A stretch of 64,000 bases of DNA from Iphione sp. A-MEVVRFRX5 (GCA_976226885.1 OZ320316.1:57846001-57910000); one strand, 5' to 3'. Shown: positions 11,286 through 25,949, numbered from the stretch's first letter. The notes: a model not told the origin generated them from the letters alone. Numbers and translations: made by a program.

Positions 11286-11609
11286 ATGTTCTATGGAGGG
11301 TGTGTGCTTTTTCACGCAGCAGTCGACATGAAACTGCTCTTGGCAGATGATTTGCATAAGGAGCAAAAGGGTTGTTCTTTGGCTGGAGTCCGGCACACCT
11401 TTAAACTTTGGATGCCTTTTACCAGCAGAAGTGCCAGTAAAGATACTCTCTCACTTGCACTCCAAGAGAGCTACACTTCGTCAGGCTATTTTTCTGCATT
11501 TAGATTGAACTAGATATTTTATGATCATTTATTATCATTTTATTTCACATTGCCTTACTTATCAAAGGCCAGGCTCATATTACAACCCCATGACTGTGTC
11601 GCTACACAA

Positions 11610-11815
11610 CATGAAGCAGCAGCACTTTCTGGGGCATTGAGTAGCACAACTCTCAGTTATATCACAGACAAGGTGGCAGCTGACAGCACAGCAGCTGGCA
11701 GTGCAGCAGCTGGTGCAGCAACATAGTCAGAGTCAGCACAGCTGCTGCTGGCATAGCGGCTGGCATCATGGTGGCTGGTAGTGCAGCAGATGGTAGCATG
11801 ACAGCTGGTTGCCAC
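11610..11815. repeat. Low-complexity (GCA/GCT)-rich tract
   Basis: Repeated GCAGCAGCTGG-like units. Source of the Ala-rich ORFs 11657-11857 and 11662-11976. Confidence 0.5.
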
Positions 11816-12151
11816 ACACTGTAGCATAAATTCCACCTCACTGTTAAAGCTTGACACCCCCTACTTAGAGGCCGCACTCTCTGTTCCTGATGCCCTGTCC
11901 CACACCTTCTTCCTACAGACCATTTGGCAGGCTGTGGAGTAGTGCTACCAATGTATAATCCACTAGGCAATAACAAGAAAGTGAAAAACAGGCAAGGAAA
12001 GAGAGCAGCTTTATTACATAACTTTAGCTCGAGTGGTGCCAGGTATCTTGTGGACCAACTTTATAAAGGAATGTAAAGCCCTAATGACACCCACACTCTG
12101 CACTCCCAACTCTGCATCCCTCTAAGCTCAACTTTAGTAAATAGTACCTAT

Positions 12152-12429
12152 TGTGGTGGAAGGGGGCACGGTGATGCGGCGGTGCAGAGTGCATATGACA
12201 GAGTGCTCCTGGCGGCATGCATCAAGTGTGCAGAGATGTGCCGCCACAGAGTGGTGCCCTCCCCAACCCCCCCTGGAGCCCTCTACAAATATATAAGGAC
12301 TGGCTCCCGGGGGGATCAGCTCAGTTGGGCTTGGGGATTCGCACAAGCAACATCTCCTTTTTGCAATAAAGCCTTGTCATTAATTGTCATTCATTGTTAT
12401 GGCGTTGTCCTTGTGGAGTGGCCACTACA
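12152..12429 (+). mobile_element. Solo LTR (278 bp)
   Basis: Termini TGTGGTGG...CCACTACA (7/8 inverted). Perfect 4-bp TSD CTAT at 12148-12151 and 12430-12433. Internal TATATAA (12290) and AATAAA (12365). Confidence 0.88.
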
Positions 12430-12787
12430 CTATTTTTGCCATGAGTATAAGAGTGATAGTCTTAATGACATATTACACAAAAACTCACTTAGTTTTCCTT
12501 ACAAATGGCCTTCTTTGTACAATTTCTGTGGTTTTATGAAGTTAACATGCTATGTAACTTGATTTTAATTCATATATACTCTTATAACTTTACACATATA
12601 CTCTACAGACCATAGTATGAATGACGTCCTTAAAAATCTCTTAACTGTCATGAGTTGTCCATGCATTATGTCTATAAAAAACAAGGCATTAAAAATTAGT
12701 TGGAGCAGTGAATCATCCCAAAGAAAAGTGTTGTTTGAGAGCACTTTTCAATAAAATATTTAATAGATTAATATATTCTCAATTTGC

Positions 12788-12806
12788 ATATATATATATA
12801 TATATA
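12788..12806. repeat. (AT)n microsatellite
   Basis: Direct reading. Confidence 0.9.
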
Positions 12807-13209
12807 CGAAAGTAGCATAAATCATACAAAAAACTGTGGTTATGTTAACTGTCTAGCTCATTTTACATATATTTCCATTTAATAGTAAATATACCCATTT
12901 CAGGAATATCGAGTAAATAAAACTTAAATAGCATACATGGGACTCATGGAAATAGTATATTCTATTGAAACTTAACGATACAAAGCTTAGTACTATATCG
13001 AGGGTATTTTAGGGTATATTACATCTTTAGCATTGAATTGTGTCCATAAAAGACATTTAGGCCTATAAAACATGTATCAAATACTAGTTCTAGAATTTAA
13101 AATTTCCATATCTACAGTTTTTAGATATCACTCTTGAATTTCACTCTGTTTAAAGAAAGAAGACACCACTTGCCACACGTAACTGATAATGGGCCTATTA
13201 AGTTGATAG

Positions 13210-13251
13210 CCAATCAGGTATATGTGAACTGAGTGTGCAGTTAGTATAAAT
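13210..13251 (+). promoter_or_regulatory. Candidate core promoter (CCAAT + TATAAA)
   Basis: CCAAT 13210-13214 and TATAAA 13246-13251. No downstream gene identified. Confidence 0.25.
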
Positions 13252-14526
13252 CCGATTTGAGGAATTCTATTTGCCAAGAATATATTCCAAAGTGTAATTA
13301 AGAACTGAACAGTTTCCCTAGGACTAATTGAGAGCTGGTAGTCAGCGCAGGGGAAGGTCCCCCACTGAGAGATTCATGCTGAATGAATGATTTGCTCGTG
13401 ATGGATGCGTAAGCTTCCTGAAAATTTTGTAGAAAAATTTAATCACGATTTCATATTTGTAAACTCACTTTAAGATTTCTGGTGGAAAGAGGAAGAAAAG
13501 TGCATTTAGTCTCAACTCTCAGAATATCACTACAGTCATTCAGGAGAGCAATGCCCCACCACCACTTCTAATGAGACGTATGACAGTGGTATAATGCCTC
13601 TACAGTCATTTCGTAGTTCCTTTTTTGGAACATAGAACGATATTGTCTGAATATACTGATTTCAAGTAAATGGAAATCTGGCGCAACAATCAAAAGTGCG
13701 CCATGAATACTTATGTACACACATGTTTTCTGCTGATCAAAGTCAGTTGCGGGTAATCTTTCAATTTGCATTTGAGATTAAAACTTTGCTCTTTTGGAGT
13801 ACATTTTGAATTTAACTTTAATATTGTGGCAGTCATCCAAACAAACACGGGCATTATTTTATCAATCGATTAAACATGTGAGTGGTTTCATTGAAAACAT
13901 TTTGGGTTAATTTTCTGAGAATACCAAATATTAAAGGACATTTCAGGGGAACTTCTCCCCATCTGAACCACAATCTGACACATGTGCACAGATAGGTAGT
14001 TTAACATTGTGACAATAAATGCAGCTCTCCTGATGTGCCGTTTAAATTACTCAGATATGTGCATTCGTTTGTCGCACAAGTATGATCAATCATTTTATTC
14101 TGTAGCTGAGTGTTGAGAACGCATCACTGAAACTTTAGGACCAGTTCATCTACGTGTTCACGAAAGGGATGTCGGCTGATGTAGATAAAATTAATAGCCC
14201 TTCTATGTCCTGAGACCTTGTCAGAACACTTACATTTCTACAGTACCTTTACAGTCTGCCATTGTCTCTTGCTTCACATGTCCTGTAGTAGGTCTTTGCC
14301 AGACAGAACGACACTCGCAGAACCAAAAGCTTTGTCATGGAACAATAACCAACTCCAATGGATAATAACCCTTTTTTAACTCTGGACCTTGTAAAGCCGA
14401 TCCAGGCAGAACCTGTTGTCGAAAGATCGCCGCAGACATAGAGACAACACACCTGCACGTCGGGAAGGATTTGAAAGACTGCACAGACGTACTGTCTTAG
14501 GCCCGGTTTCCTTACCTGCATTTGTA

Positions 14527-14551
14527 TGCGTGTGTGTTTGTGTGTGTGTGC
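14527..14551. repeat. (TG)n microsatellite, imperfect
   Basis: Direct reading. Confidence 0.8.
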
Positions 14552-14709
14552 ATTTTTATTGAAACTGGTTATCAGTGTAAGGCAGTTCTTACCTGCATGT
14601 ACATTAGGCTGCGTGTGCACATTATCAGTCACTGCTCAATAATTTCATGGACACGAACACAATTGCACGAGTACTACAGAGGATATATTCTTTGTAGCAG
14701 GAACACTTT

Positions 14710-14945
14710 CTAACCTTTCCTCACTTTTCCACATATTTCCTCGCTTTACCTCTCATTTCCACACAGTTCTGCACATGTCCACACATTTCTGCAGAATTCC
14801 ATCCTTTAACTAGTACAATTTGCCAGTTTTTTCCACTTTTCCGATCAAATGCATCCTTTAACTATTGAAATTCCTCCTTTAACTAGTGAAATTCCCTGGG
14901 TTTTGCCACTATTCCCATCAAATTTATCCCTTTTCTTCCTTTTCC
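14710..14945. repeat. Degenerate tandem repeat with phased T-tracts
   Basis: TTTCC(AC) units about every 10-11 bp and 21-bp units AATTCCATCCTTTAACTAGTG. Confidence 0.6.
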
Positions 14946-17900
14946 TCATCATATTCACTGGCATTCACACAGCCTCATGCAACCTCAATGCACATCAAAA
15001 GACATCCCTATCCCTGAGGATGCGTGAGGCTGTGGGAAAGCAAAAATGCAAGGCCATGCACATGGAAGCCTCATGCAGCTTCAGAGACACCAATGCAGGT
15101 ATGTAAACCGGGCGTTATTCTTGTAAATCTACATGTAAAGTATGCACAGGACAGAGTGGAGCTTATTCACAAACTTGATGTGATAGTGCCACAATTGCGA
15201 TGGGTAGCCTTGAACATCTATGGTGGAAATGATAACTCCAAGATCTTGCAAAACTGAACCAGATAACTTTGCCCAAATTATTTCCTCAATTTCACGACCG
15301 AATCTGCTGGATTGAACCAGTTCCAAGTAGACCAGGGGAACGGAGGGAATGCATCACAAAGTTGGACACTTCAAAACCGTGTCATTTGAAACATTATATC
15401 ACACCAATATTAAACTGGGACTAAATCATGAAGTTAGTGGATTATGTGCATGGCCTTTCGCGGTCTTAAATATTTTATTACACAAATATGTCTACATTAG
15501 TGCCAGACAGGTACTAGATGCAGCGATTTGAACATTCTATTCGTTCACCACGTCCGTATTAAAATGACCGGATGTATTACAATGAATGTGTGCCCGAAAT
15601 AATTTAATTTCGACGATTCTTGTAGTCGTTTTTTTCATCTAATGGTGCAGTTAATCTTCCTCTGGCCACCTGGTCTCGAATGTGCATCCTGAAAAAATAG
15701 CACCTCAAACAGATTGTCGAATAATTAAATAGTACAACTCTTTACACACTCATTTTATAGTCCTCGCGGAGAAATGATGAATTATTATTTCTGCATTAAA
15801 TAAATATTAATAAGTAATGAATAGACTATACATTTGTTGGAAACAAATGCATGGTATTAGAAGGCAACACATTTGTTTCCCTTTATTATTCTGCACAGCG
15901 CTGTTCACTAACTTTTGTGTCATAACGTATTCAGTTAAAGACTTCTTATACTAATAAGGTAACGTATCTGGGATATTACAATGATAGAAATTTATGGTTT
16001 GCGTAATCGGGTTACCTGACCCAAACCATAGCATCAATCAGTGAAGCTACCCAGCATTCAATACATATTTCATTTTATAAATAAAAAAAGACGAGCTAAG
16101 AGTCTGGAATTGCTTAGTCGATGGCTATACACTTGTTTGGTTTGTTCTGTGCATGGAGCAACTCGATGCATCACAGTGATAGGTCGCAGTGTACGACCAG
16201 TCGTCCCACGACCGCCACCCAGCGGACGACCCAGCCCAACCATAAGACAGCGAGACGCATCCCTCCGTCTTCTCAACAAGGTGGCTGCATCAATCTCTAC
16301 CGAGAGAAAATCGATGGTCAAACCAAAGGGAAGGAATGCCGAAAAAACAAGTAAAAGTATAATTGGGAGGACAAGAAGGGCACACAGCGGTCTTTGCTTT
16401 CAGCTGCCCATTCTTCATCGGTCTGACAGGCTTTATTACAACCGTGTGTACATTGTCATCCATAAGTTTCGGTTTGAAGGATGGTTCGGCAAATATTGAT
16501 GCAACGCGCCCTGACGGTGCTCTGTCAGTTGATAGTTCCTGGCCTTTGCTCATCAAACTCCGGCCATGTGAACCTAGGGCGCGCTCTCCCTTAGCGTCAT
16601 TGACTGTCGGCATGCAGCTGGAGGCATCTAGTAGTGGCCACCCTTAACAAGTGGAGTACCAAGAAGGGGGGGTGTTTATGTGTTATTCACACTGTGTTGT
16701 TCACAATACATGTACAAACATATGAGGAAGTTGCTTTGATGTGTTATTCATAAATTCAGACACTGTTTATGCTAGAATTCCCAGAGTCGTCCAGGTGTAT
16801 TTGAGAAATTATTTATGATAGTCGACAGTATCTCTTGTACCCTAGGGACTGATCTCCTCTTTAAACATAGCCTCTATATGACCAAGCCTTGACCTGTCAT
16901 GACCTCTTACCAGCATGGGTGCGTATCACCGCAGCCTCCATACGCTAGGTCCACGGATACCATTCGCAGTCGCCCACCATGCCCGGGCAGCTGTATTTGT
17001 TGCAGTACAATGCAGACTAGAATGTCAGACAGCTATATGGTATGGACTAATTTCCACTTTGTAATCTTGCATTTTTAATCAAGTTGATATCCTGTACATT
17101 TGCAGACCGGCTTCATTTTAGGTACTTTCCATTAAACCCTACACTTTAAGTGGCAGTTGACTGCATAGTCTGAATGTTGCATCCTGAGGTATCATATACT
17201 CATTCCTAAAAGCTTGACGTTATTTCATGTGATTAGAGAACAAAGTCGAACCCTCGTCTCGTATGCTACAAGTACACTAAGAATATTATAAGGTTGGTTT
17301 TTTTTCAGCAATGTATGTGAAAGTAAATATTTACATATTTGGGAAATATAAACAGAGGTTTCTTCCATGGATACATGTAACGCTTTATCTGATCTTACAC
17401 GGAATGTAGAGAAACTGCTCCCAAAGTACTGTTATATATCAAGTACAGTAGGCAGAAATCAGGCGACACCTGGAAAAACGATGTTTTCAAGCGGTCCATC
17501 CTGATTTATAATGCCCTGCAGCTGGCCTTACCCTAGATTAGTACCTCAAAGATAGCTGGCATTGTGACCATAGACATGCAAATCAGCGATATCTTCCGTA
17601 TATGGACCACAATATGTATAATTACGGCCTCATCTCTATGGAGATGATGTTAGGCCTGTGCTTGCATGGACACCTTATGGACGGGTATTGAACCACCCAC
17701 TCCGAAGACAGTGAACAGTGAGAAAAGCTCAGCGAATTGATTGCGGGAGGAAAGTGATTTCTAGCGTGAGCCTACATGATACGTCGGTTGCAAATGTCAC
17801 GGTCAAATCTCCTATGGTTGTCTGCGTGTTATTTTACCTCCCATTGCCTCGGCTAAAGAAAAAAAATATATCTGGATGCCTTGTTTATCCATGGCATAGT

Positions 17901-20900
17901 GTAAGTCAAATCAATAAAGTTGCTGTAAACACCGAGACTATTGGTTGAAAAAACTGTTTATTTCCTTCTAAAACTAGGGTTTATATACCCTTTTGAGGTG
18001 ATATTTAACCAATCAGAGACCTAGCCTTGCTATCTGACCAATCAACAGATAGTTCCATAATTTGCAACAATGTGTCATTTCAATAGAATCATCTCAGCAA
18101 ACAAATTCACATATTCCAATAAAAGATACAAAGTAACAAGGTTTAGAACTCCTTCCATCCATCAGGGACCTCCCCTTACATTAGGATACATGTATAGGGG
18201 ATAATCTCTCAGCAGCTCATCATTGTTACCAAATAAGGACAGTGGGGTGATTCCACACCAACCAATCACAATAAAGCAACACAAGCAATGGAAGTTTCCA
18301 TGAGGTGATGAAACTGCACTCATTGACCTATATCTAACAGTGACGTTGGCAACTGCATTCATTGAGCCCAAGTTCTGCTGTGGTCTTGCACCCAGTGACC
18401 CCTGTTAGCAGTAGTGTTTATTCAACCTAGGCTTCAGCCTAAAATAGATACTGATATGTGATTACTTTTTGATAGCATGTACCTTTCTTAATGACACAGA
18501 ACACTAGTGACAAGGAATATACATTTAAAAAACCTACATTTTAATGATTATACACACTGCAAAAACACTGATGATGCATAGGCGCAATACATAGCACGTG
18601 GCGTGACGTGTTCCGTAAGCTACTGTTATTCTGTAGTGAATAATGGTTTATTCTTGAGCCAGAACCGTGCTTTAAAGCAGATCATGTTGCTGACCTCTAG
18701 CCCGGGAGGGTTTCCAAACCTTGTTTTTTCTTACTCTTTGGGTATTGAGATAAACCGGTTGGTTAGTGAATATGGATATCTGATGAATAATTTTCTGCCA
18801 ACGGTTGACATATGTCCTGTTACTTAATAAACATGTAATCTCAAATCGACATATAATTACATTTGTGAAGCCACAAATGCATAGACTTTGCTGTATCAAT
18901 ATACAATTCATAATGCTAGACTACTCAGAAATATTCTTTATTCTGAAATAAGGTCATGATATGATATACATATACATATGCGTGAGGTACAATGAATACA
19001 TATATACTATCGGGGTGTTGTAAAAGGCATCACTCACTGAAGAGGATAACCCTGCAGAGAGGCTCTGCTCAGCCTGGGGATATAATTATAATACATAAGC
19101 CAACCGCTCGACTAGGAAACTAACCTTTTATTAAGGGTGAAATTGACTGGTCTCTACAGTAGTAACGTTAAAACCTTTAACTGGCGATATGCATTGCATT
19201 GTACTGTACATACAATTATAAACCTATATATATTAAGGTACCACTGACACTTTGTATAACACTGGTAGCATTTGATGCATATTTATACATATTCATGCGA
19301 ATGGGTAAACATGGGAATGAAATCTTAATGAGCATCATTCCACACGTCTTCTTAGGAAGTTCAGTCTTATTTGATGAAAAGAGTGATTACCAAACTTCTT
19401 ATTGAAACAGTATAACACGCAATTTTGTAGTTCAAAAACCACAGTGAATATCGGGAGGCATGTGTAAGGACACGGAAAACTTTCATTTAGGATACCTTTT
19501 TTGCCCTCATCCAATGTATTATCGCCTCTGCCACAAAACAAACAGAAATATTGGGAGTGATCCTGTCCTTTTCCAGGATGCACATCCCCTTTCGGATGCT
19601 CTTTGCGTGCTGACACTTACGCCAAATGCTCGACGACATCTATAACCCTGGATCAAACCCTTTGACGTTAATATGTCTCCATTGGCCATGTCTGCCTACG
19701 AGTCTTCCGGACGTTGACGACTCGAGTCCTGTTCACACATCAGCTATGGTTTTCCTTTTCTCTTTTTGCTTTTCTCTCGAATTAAATTACTATAATAGGC
19801 GTCCGTATCTTTCCGCTTGGCAGTACTCTCTTATTGAGCATCATTGTCAGTCGTGCCGACCGCCGTTTCAATGCACACGCAGAGCTATCTTCAATGCACA
19901 GCGGTGGGCAGCGATCGTCGGCCGAGGCCCTCTAGTGGCCAACGTCGACGTTTTATGATGGATTTGACGCGAGCGACAATCAGGCCTGCCGCTCCTCTCA
20001 AAGCAGCCAGCAACTGTAGGATGCTACAACCGGAGGCTCAGCACCAACCGTCCTGACAAACGCTCCACCCTCCTTCTTTACACACTTAGATATAGTCATG
20101 TTTACTCCAATAAGCACAACTGGTTTTCACTTTTTCTGAGCGGTTTTTCTACCTTAGGTTGTTGTCGATTACAGTTTTGCTTTTCTTTGGTCTTTGGTCA
20201 CTAGTGAATATGTATCAAACATGACTTAATTATAGATGCATATCTGCCTTCTTCCTACCGCCATTTTACAGATCTAAACTATGTAAGTCTGTGAGAAGGA
20301 AAGTGCCAGATACATATGCATGTAGAAGGGTACGGCGTATTCTAGGGCATGGCATGACTGGAACATCTGACAATACAACATGACTCGATTCTACATCATA
20401 ACTGACGAAATGACAAAAAAATGATGTTTGAAAGTATCTTCTCTTCTAGGTCGCTCATAGTCGGTTTTAATGCTCACATGGATTAATTCCAAAACCGTGG
20501 AATAACTCACATTCAAAAAACGTTTATTCCCTAATTCTTATTGCATTTTTTCTCCATGACATCTGATGTTTTCCTTCTGTGACTCCGGGAAAGCGTTCTG
20601 CCTTCCGTTTATTTTCATTCACCTCTCTCCCATCTGCTTTGTCACTATATGTTTTCCCGTCTAGCTGTACCCTTCTACCTACAGCCATCCTCATCTTATA
20701 TCTTCATCTGTACATATGTCTGTGTCCCTTTCTGTGTTCTCTCATGGGAAGCGGCCCCATTGCAATGCTTCCAGGGGCACAGCCGACTGTTGTCAGTCAC
20801 GTGACCTGTCATGGCCCCGCATCCAAATATATGCGTCATATAAGGGTCCGTGCTCTACACGAGGACATCAGGTATGCAGGTGGGCACCGCTGTCTCCTTC

Positions 20901-23900
20901 AGCAGTGGCCCATTTGTCAACAGCAACAGTGGAAGGTGAGCTTTCAAAGCTTCTCCTGCAGGCGGTGACACATAGAAAATACTTATAAACAAGCAAGCTG
21001 TCGGTACTATCCGAGCCACGCACTCCAGATTTCAACGTAAATCTTCAGCCTGAAGCTAAATAGGGAAATGTATGCATTAAGGTCTACCTTAGTATGATGA
21101 TTCTATTCACACAGTGGCTTATTTCTCACTCGGCCATTTTCCCCTATTACCCCAGGCACTATAGGAACCGACATTTCATTCCCCCGCAAGCACTACGTAC
21201 AGCTATGTACATACATACAATGACTATGAGAGTCATTTCTATTCTAGGACTATATCAGAACGTATCCTAATGGAAATTGAATGCCTCGATACGAAATATA
21301 ATCTAATGTAGTCCCAAGCCCCTTGCGACTCATGACTACTCAGGAGAATGACCATCCTTCCTATGTCTCGCCCTCCAGCCTAGATCCGAATGATCAACTC
21401 AGGCTCATCTCCCTGGCTACCATCAACATGGACGTCGTTTCTTGAGCATGTGCATATTTCACTAGAGGGGAATTTCTCTCTCGCTGGTCTCGTGGTTCTT
21501 CCTCTTCAGCCAATTTTAATTTTCGTTCGTTCAAGTTATGGTGCTAGGTTTCATAAGTTCTTGCCTTTACTTTCTAGGTCTGAGTGAATGTAAGCTTCCT
21601 AACACTTTCAACTGTGTTCCAGGAGGCTTCTGCCAATTTTTGTATAGTAATTCTAGATTACTCAATGGCTTCTCTCAAAAAGGACTATAAAAACATCTAT
21701 ATCCTCCAGGCCTTCCCTTGTGGCACGTGAGACAGACTACTTCAGTAAATGGTGAGACTTTAACATACCCTACCTTTTTGGCTTTTTCAACATATCCTGC
21801 TAAAGGTATTGTAGTCCTTTTTTGTTCTTGTCCTTCGTACCTTCTAAAAAATCCTTTTATATCTTCAAAAAGTGTATAAGCCGCGTCTGAACCGACCACA
21901 TCCGTTCGGAATTTACACAGTGTGCAAAGAATGCCGATCAACACAGGTGCAACCCTAACGATCACTGTTGCTCTAAAATGCGCTTGAGGCGAAAAACCAA
22001 AATGGTAATTATGAAGCTGTTGGAAATACTGCGGAAAGAAAAGGCTTTTGAAAGAGTAACTCCTTATGTGATATTAACGAAGGCTCTCAAACACCGTGTA
22101 ATGTAGCGGTATACTCTTTCAATTTATATTCAACGCCTTGCGCCCGTCTCAACGTGCTAATGACCAGAACAGGAGAGACAATTACCAGCAGCTCAATTGC
22201 GTGAAGTGAATTACAAGAAAGGACTTGATGGAATGTTCACTGCTCTCAGAGCGGCATATGTCGGTATAAAATGTGCTTCCTAGTTTTTAGAGTGCGTAGT
22301 TCCTATACATCTTATAAACCGACACGGTTGTTGAAGGCATTGAGAACGTATTTCCATGTAGATACGGGCATTTCATTTTTGTGTCTAGACATATCATTAA
22401 CTTGTCATTATGAAATATTTTTTTTTGTTTCAAAATGTACATTTATATTTCACACAAAATTATCTGTAACAGAAAATGTATTTGAGCAAAAATGATGGAT
22501 TCTGAATTATCGATGACTATATATTCTTGTTAAGGTGCGAAGTTACTTTGGTGAAAGGTACTATATATAGATTTTGTGAATGCCTGATATATTTTCGCTA
22601 GTATTTGTATAATCATCTATTTTTTGGGCACTATTTGTATAATGGCATACCGACCTTAATCGGCATAGATAGCAAATGAGTGAAGTGATCTCCTTTAGTT
22701 TGGCCCATGTGGCAGTGCTGAGCTGACCCACTCGCCAGCGGACAACATAAATCCACCTATATTGGATAGGATTATCCTTCTTCTTACCCAGCATGCTTGC
22801 AATCACTGCTGCCTGAGGGATTAACAGGCTATTGTCTCGTTACCGTGGATATATGGACGGATTAAAAGATGGAAAAGAAAGCCACAAAGGCAGCTGAGGC
22901 AAGGCTTATTTACGGGAGCGGTATAGCCTCCTGGGCGTATTTTGTTGACTGAAGAGGGGTTCGTCTTTGATGGTATTATATCAAAGTGGGATGTCATCAA
23001 GCGCAGTGTTTTGCATATCTAGAGTAGATCTCGGCCCCACCAGTCTGACCAATGCAGTATAGCTATTGTTCTGTCATTTTCCGCCACGGAAGCTATCATT
23101 CGAGGCATTTTTAGATTACAAGTGTCCATTCCACAAAACGCAGTGTCGATACTTCCAACAATCTTAGCACTGTTCAGGATAAAATGATATTATAATTTGA
23201 TATAAAATCTAATGTTGCACTTCCACTTTATTACTTTATACCAAAATGTAATGCAGCACTTTTGTTTATTGATTCAAGCAGACTGTTGGTTGGACGCTTA
23301 CCGATTAACATAATGCTCAACCGCGTATAATATGAGAGAAATACAAATGAGACCTGCAGTCACTGTGCACACGGGAAAGATTGTGCCCATTGATGCAATC
23401 TCGGCCGTATGTCCGTTCGTTAAAGGTAGTCCAGTGGGACTGAAAATGTAGGAAACTGAGGTCTATATGGGGTCTTCTGACTCGAGATGTAATCATCAAT
23501 TGGTATTTAATGAATAAAAAAAATCTCAGCTGAGATATCAATCCTAGCCTGCGGAGATTTCGAATCCGTATTCAGTATAAGTAAAACACATAAACACTAA
23601 GGTAATACCTGCTGCATAACACGTGGATGCCGCATTCCATTCGCTGTTGTATGTCATCTTTAACAAAGGAGATTAAAACCAATGAGTTCTAGTACTCTCG
23701 GAGACGTTTTTGGAAATTACATTGTCGATGTGTTTCCCTATAATATTATGAGCACAACATTAAGTTGTACAGTGAAAAGCAATATATGCATACATCGAAG
23801 AGGCTATGGATTTACGGTCTTAGCGCTGTCCTTACGTGCACTAGGATCGCCACTGCCTTCTTCTAAATATCCTTTAGGCCATTTTGCCACAGCTGGCTTT

Positions 23901-25949
23901 TCAGCCTATTTATACTGCAGTAAAGAACCGTTTCATAGACCCCTTCGGTCTATGGGCCAGAGCCCTATTAACAGCGACCTGACCCTATCGTTCCCACCGG
24001 CGACTCTCCGCCTATTACTTCTTTTGTAGACTGCTGCCCCACTCCTCGAGGCCGGATTAAAAGAGTCTTCCAAGAACACCTTTGTGGACCGACCCTCATC
24101 GATTTTATTCACCTGTGCACGGGAGGTAGCTGCGACTAGATTACATTACCCCTGGGCGGCTCTCTTCATCGCATGGAACTGGTGGTTCCGGTCGGGCCCG
24201 GAAAAAGAGGCGCCGGCGATGTGTACGGGCTGCGGTCGCAGAGAGCGGCTCAGCGGTTTCAAAGCGTCTCCCTCATCCAGATGATGGTGATCAGTCTCAT
24301 ATAGCGACTTTGCATTAACCACCATTGTGACAACCATAGCTGGATTCAGGCTGATCAGTGATGCTGTGTGGGCTTCGAACCAATATAGCTCTCACTCGAT
24401 TGGATCAGTACTGCATGGAAGCTGAAACAGGCTTGCAGTGTGCGGCAGCTCTCCCTGAGAGGGAATAACTCGACGGACGCCAAGGTGTATATCAAGGCGG
24501 TGCAGCAAGGGCGACGCCAAGGCGTCACCTCTACCCGCTGAGGGTGGCGAATGCATTTGCAACCGGCGTGGCGTTGGCTCCATGTATTTACATCAGTGGC
24601 TAACCGGGTTAGAAGGCGTGGGCAGCGGTCCCACTTGCCTTTCATAACCATTTGTCAGAAGCGATATTGGCCACCTCGCAGCGTCCCGCCGGATGTAGAC
24701 GATAAGCCACCCGTGTCCAAACTCATTCAACAATCCAAACCCTCCTCCTTATTGTATTATAATTGTGTAGATTATATGGTAGGGCGCCCTGCTCAGCTCT
24801 AAAACTCCACTTTCACCTAACCTCCTCCCAGAGCTTACCCACCTTCACGACCCGTAGTCTACAGAGTACCAGTAAGGGATGGAGCGCTGGCTCCAGGGCC
24901 AATCCCCAGCAGGCGGCGACCTAGTAGGCGATCATTTTTAGCCAGACCACGGAAACGAACACGGTGTATTTTCGTTCTGGCTAAAGCCAATCGCGATTGG
25001 GGGGCGCGTGACCATTGAATGCAGGCTGTCCATCGAATGGTGGACTCTCATGCAATTTGCCTTGGCGGTAGGTCAGATTTGCCTATCACTGTCCGCGGCC
25101 AAGGGCTAACTGTCACTGCGCGGTATGCGCGGCTCATGATAAGGCCCCCGGACCGCTCACCTCCTTGCCGTCCATGTCCGCCTCAGCCGCCCTGCCAACA
25201 CCATTGTCATCAAGGCGGGGGCCGATTACAAGTAATCAAGTTGTTGCTGCAGCCCTGCTTGGGATGCAGACAACAAGGGCCGTCGGTGTTAACAGCCCTG
25301 ACGCCATGTTGCTGTCTTAAGCGACCACTAATTCGGCTAATCAGCGCCTCTACTGTCAGAATAGTTTACAGTCATCGGTACCACGGCCAATCATCGCCTC
25401 TTTGCTCAGAGGCTTGTCAACCAGCAGCGCTTGCATAGCTCCTCACTCGTGCAAATGACAGAATCAATTTCGGAATTGGTCACTTCCAAATAACTATCGA
25501 CAAGTTATCGTTTTCGCCCGGGGCAACATAAAGGCAGAAATTCGGTCTGTCGCAAGTTGATCAGGGCTCTATCTGGATGTAAGTCGCCAGAACACCGTGC
25601 ATGATTTCAAGAGGTTATGAGCACACATGACCCCAAAAACAATTAATTATTCATGACTCGTTGAGGTCTTACTAACTTTTATTGTGCTTGACTCCTCTGC
25701 TGAACAGGTGAGGAAGATTCCGACTCTAATTTCAGTCTTCACTTTTTTCAAGAAGGAGGCAGGCAGCCAAGAACAGGCACTAGACCTAATCAAAAAGCAG
25801 ACCTAGTCAAAAGCAGATCTGAATGATTGAGAAATAGGGCCCCTTTTAGAGCAGTTCCACTCGGAGGGACGCGACCATTAAGATATATGAATTAGTCCAA
25901 GGAGGTCCAGTATGAACAGCTGGGGGTTGGTTTACCGTTAAATTCTGCC

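Noticed and set aside
16311-16440. RTRRAHSGLCFQLPILHR resembles histone H2A N-terminus (SRAGLQFPVGRIHR)
   Set aside because: H2A is nearly invariant. The match is loose and nothing downstream resembles the histone fold.
16911-16990. CPGMVGDCEWYPWT resembling a thrombospondin type-1 start
   Set aside because: Immediate in-frame stop, weak acceptor, and no CSxTCG in frame.
24350-24520. LRR/SAP-like words (GLRTNIALTRLD; VRQLSLRGNNSTD)
   Set aside because: They occur in two overlapping frames with stops, and there is no repeat array. Likely chance.
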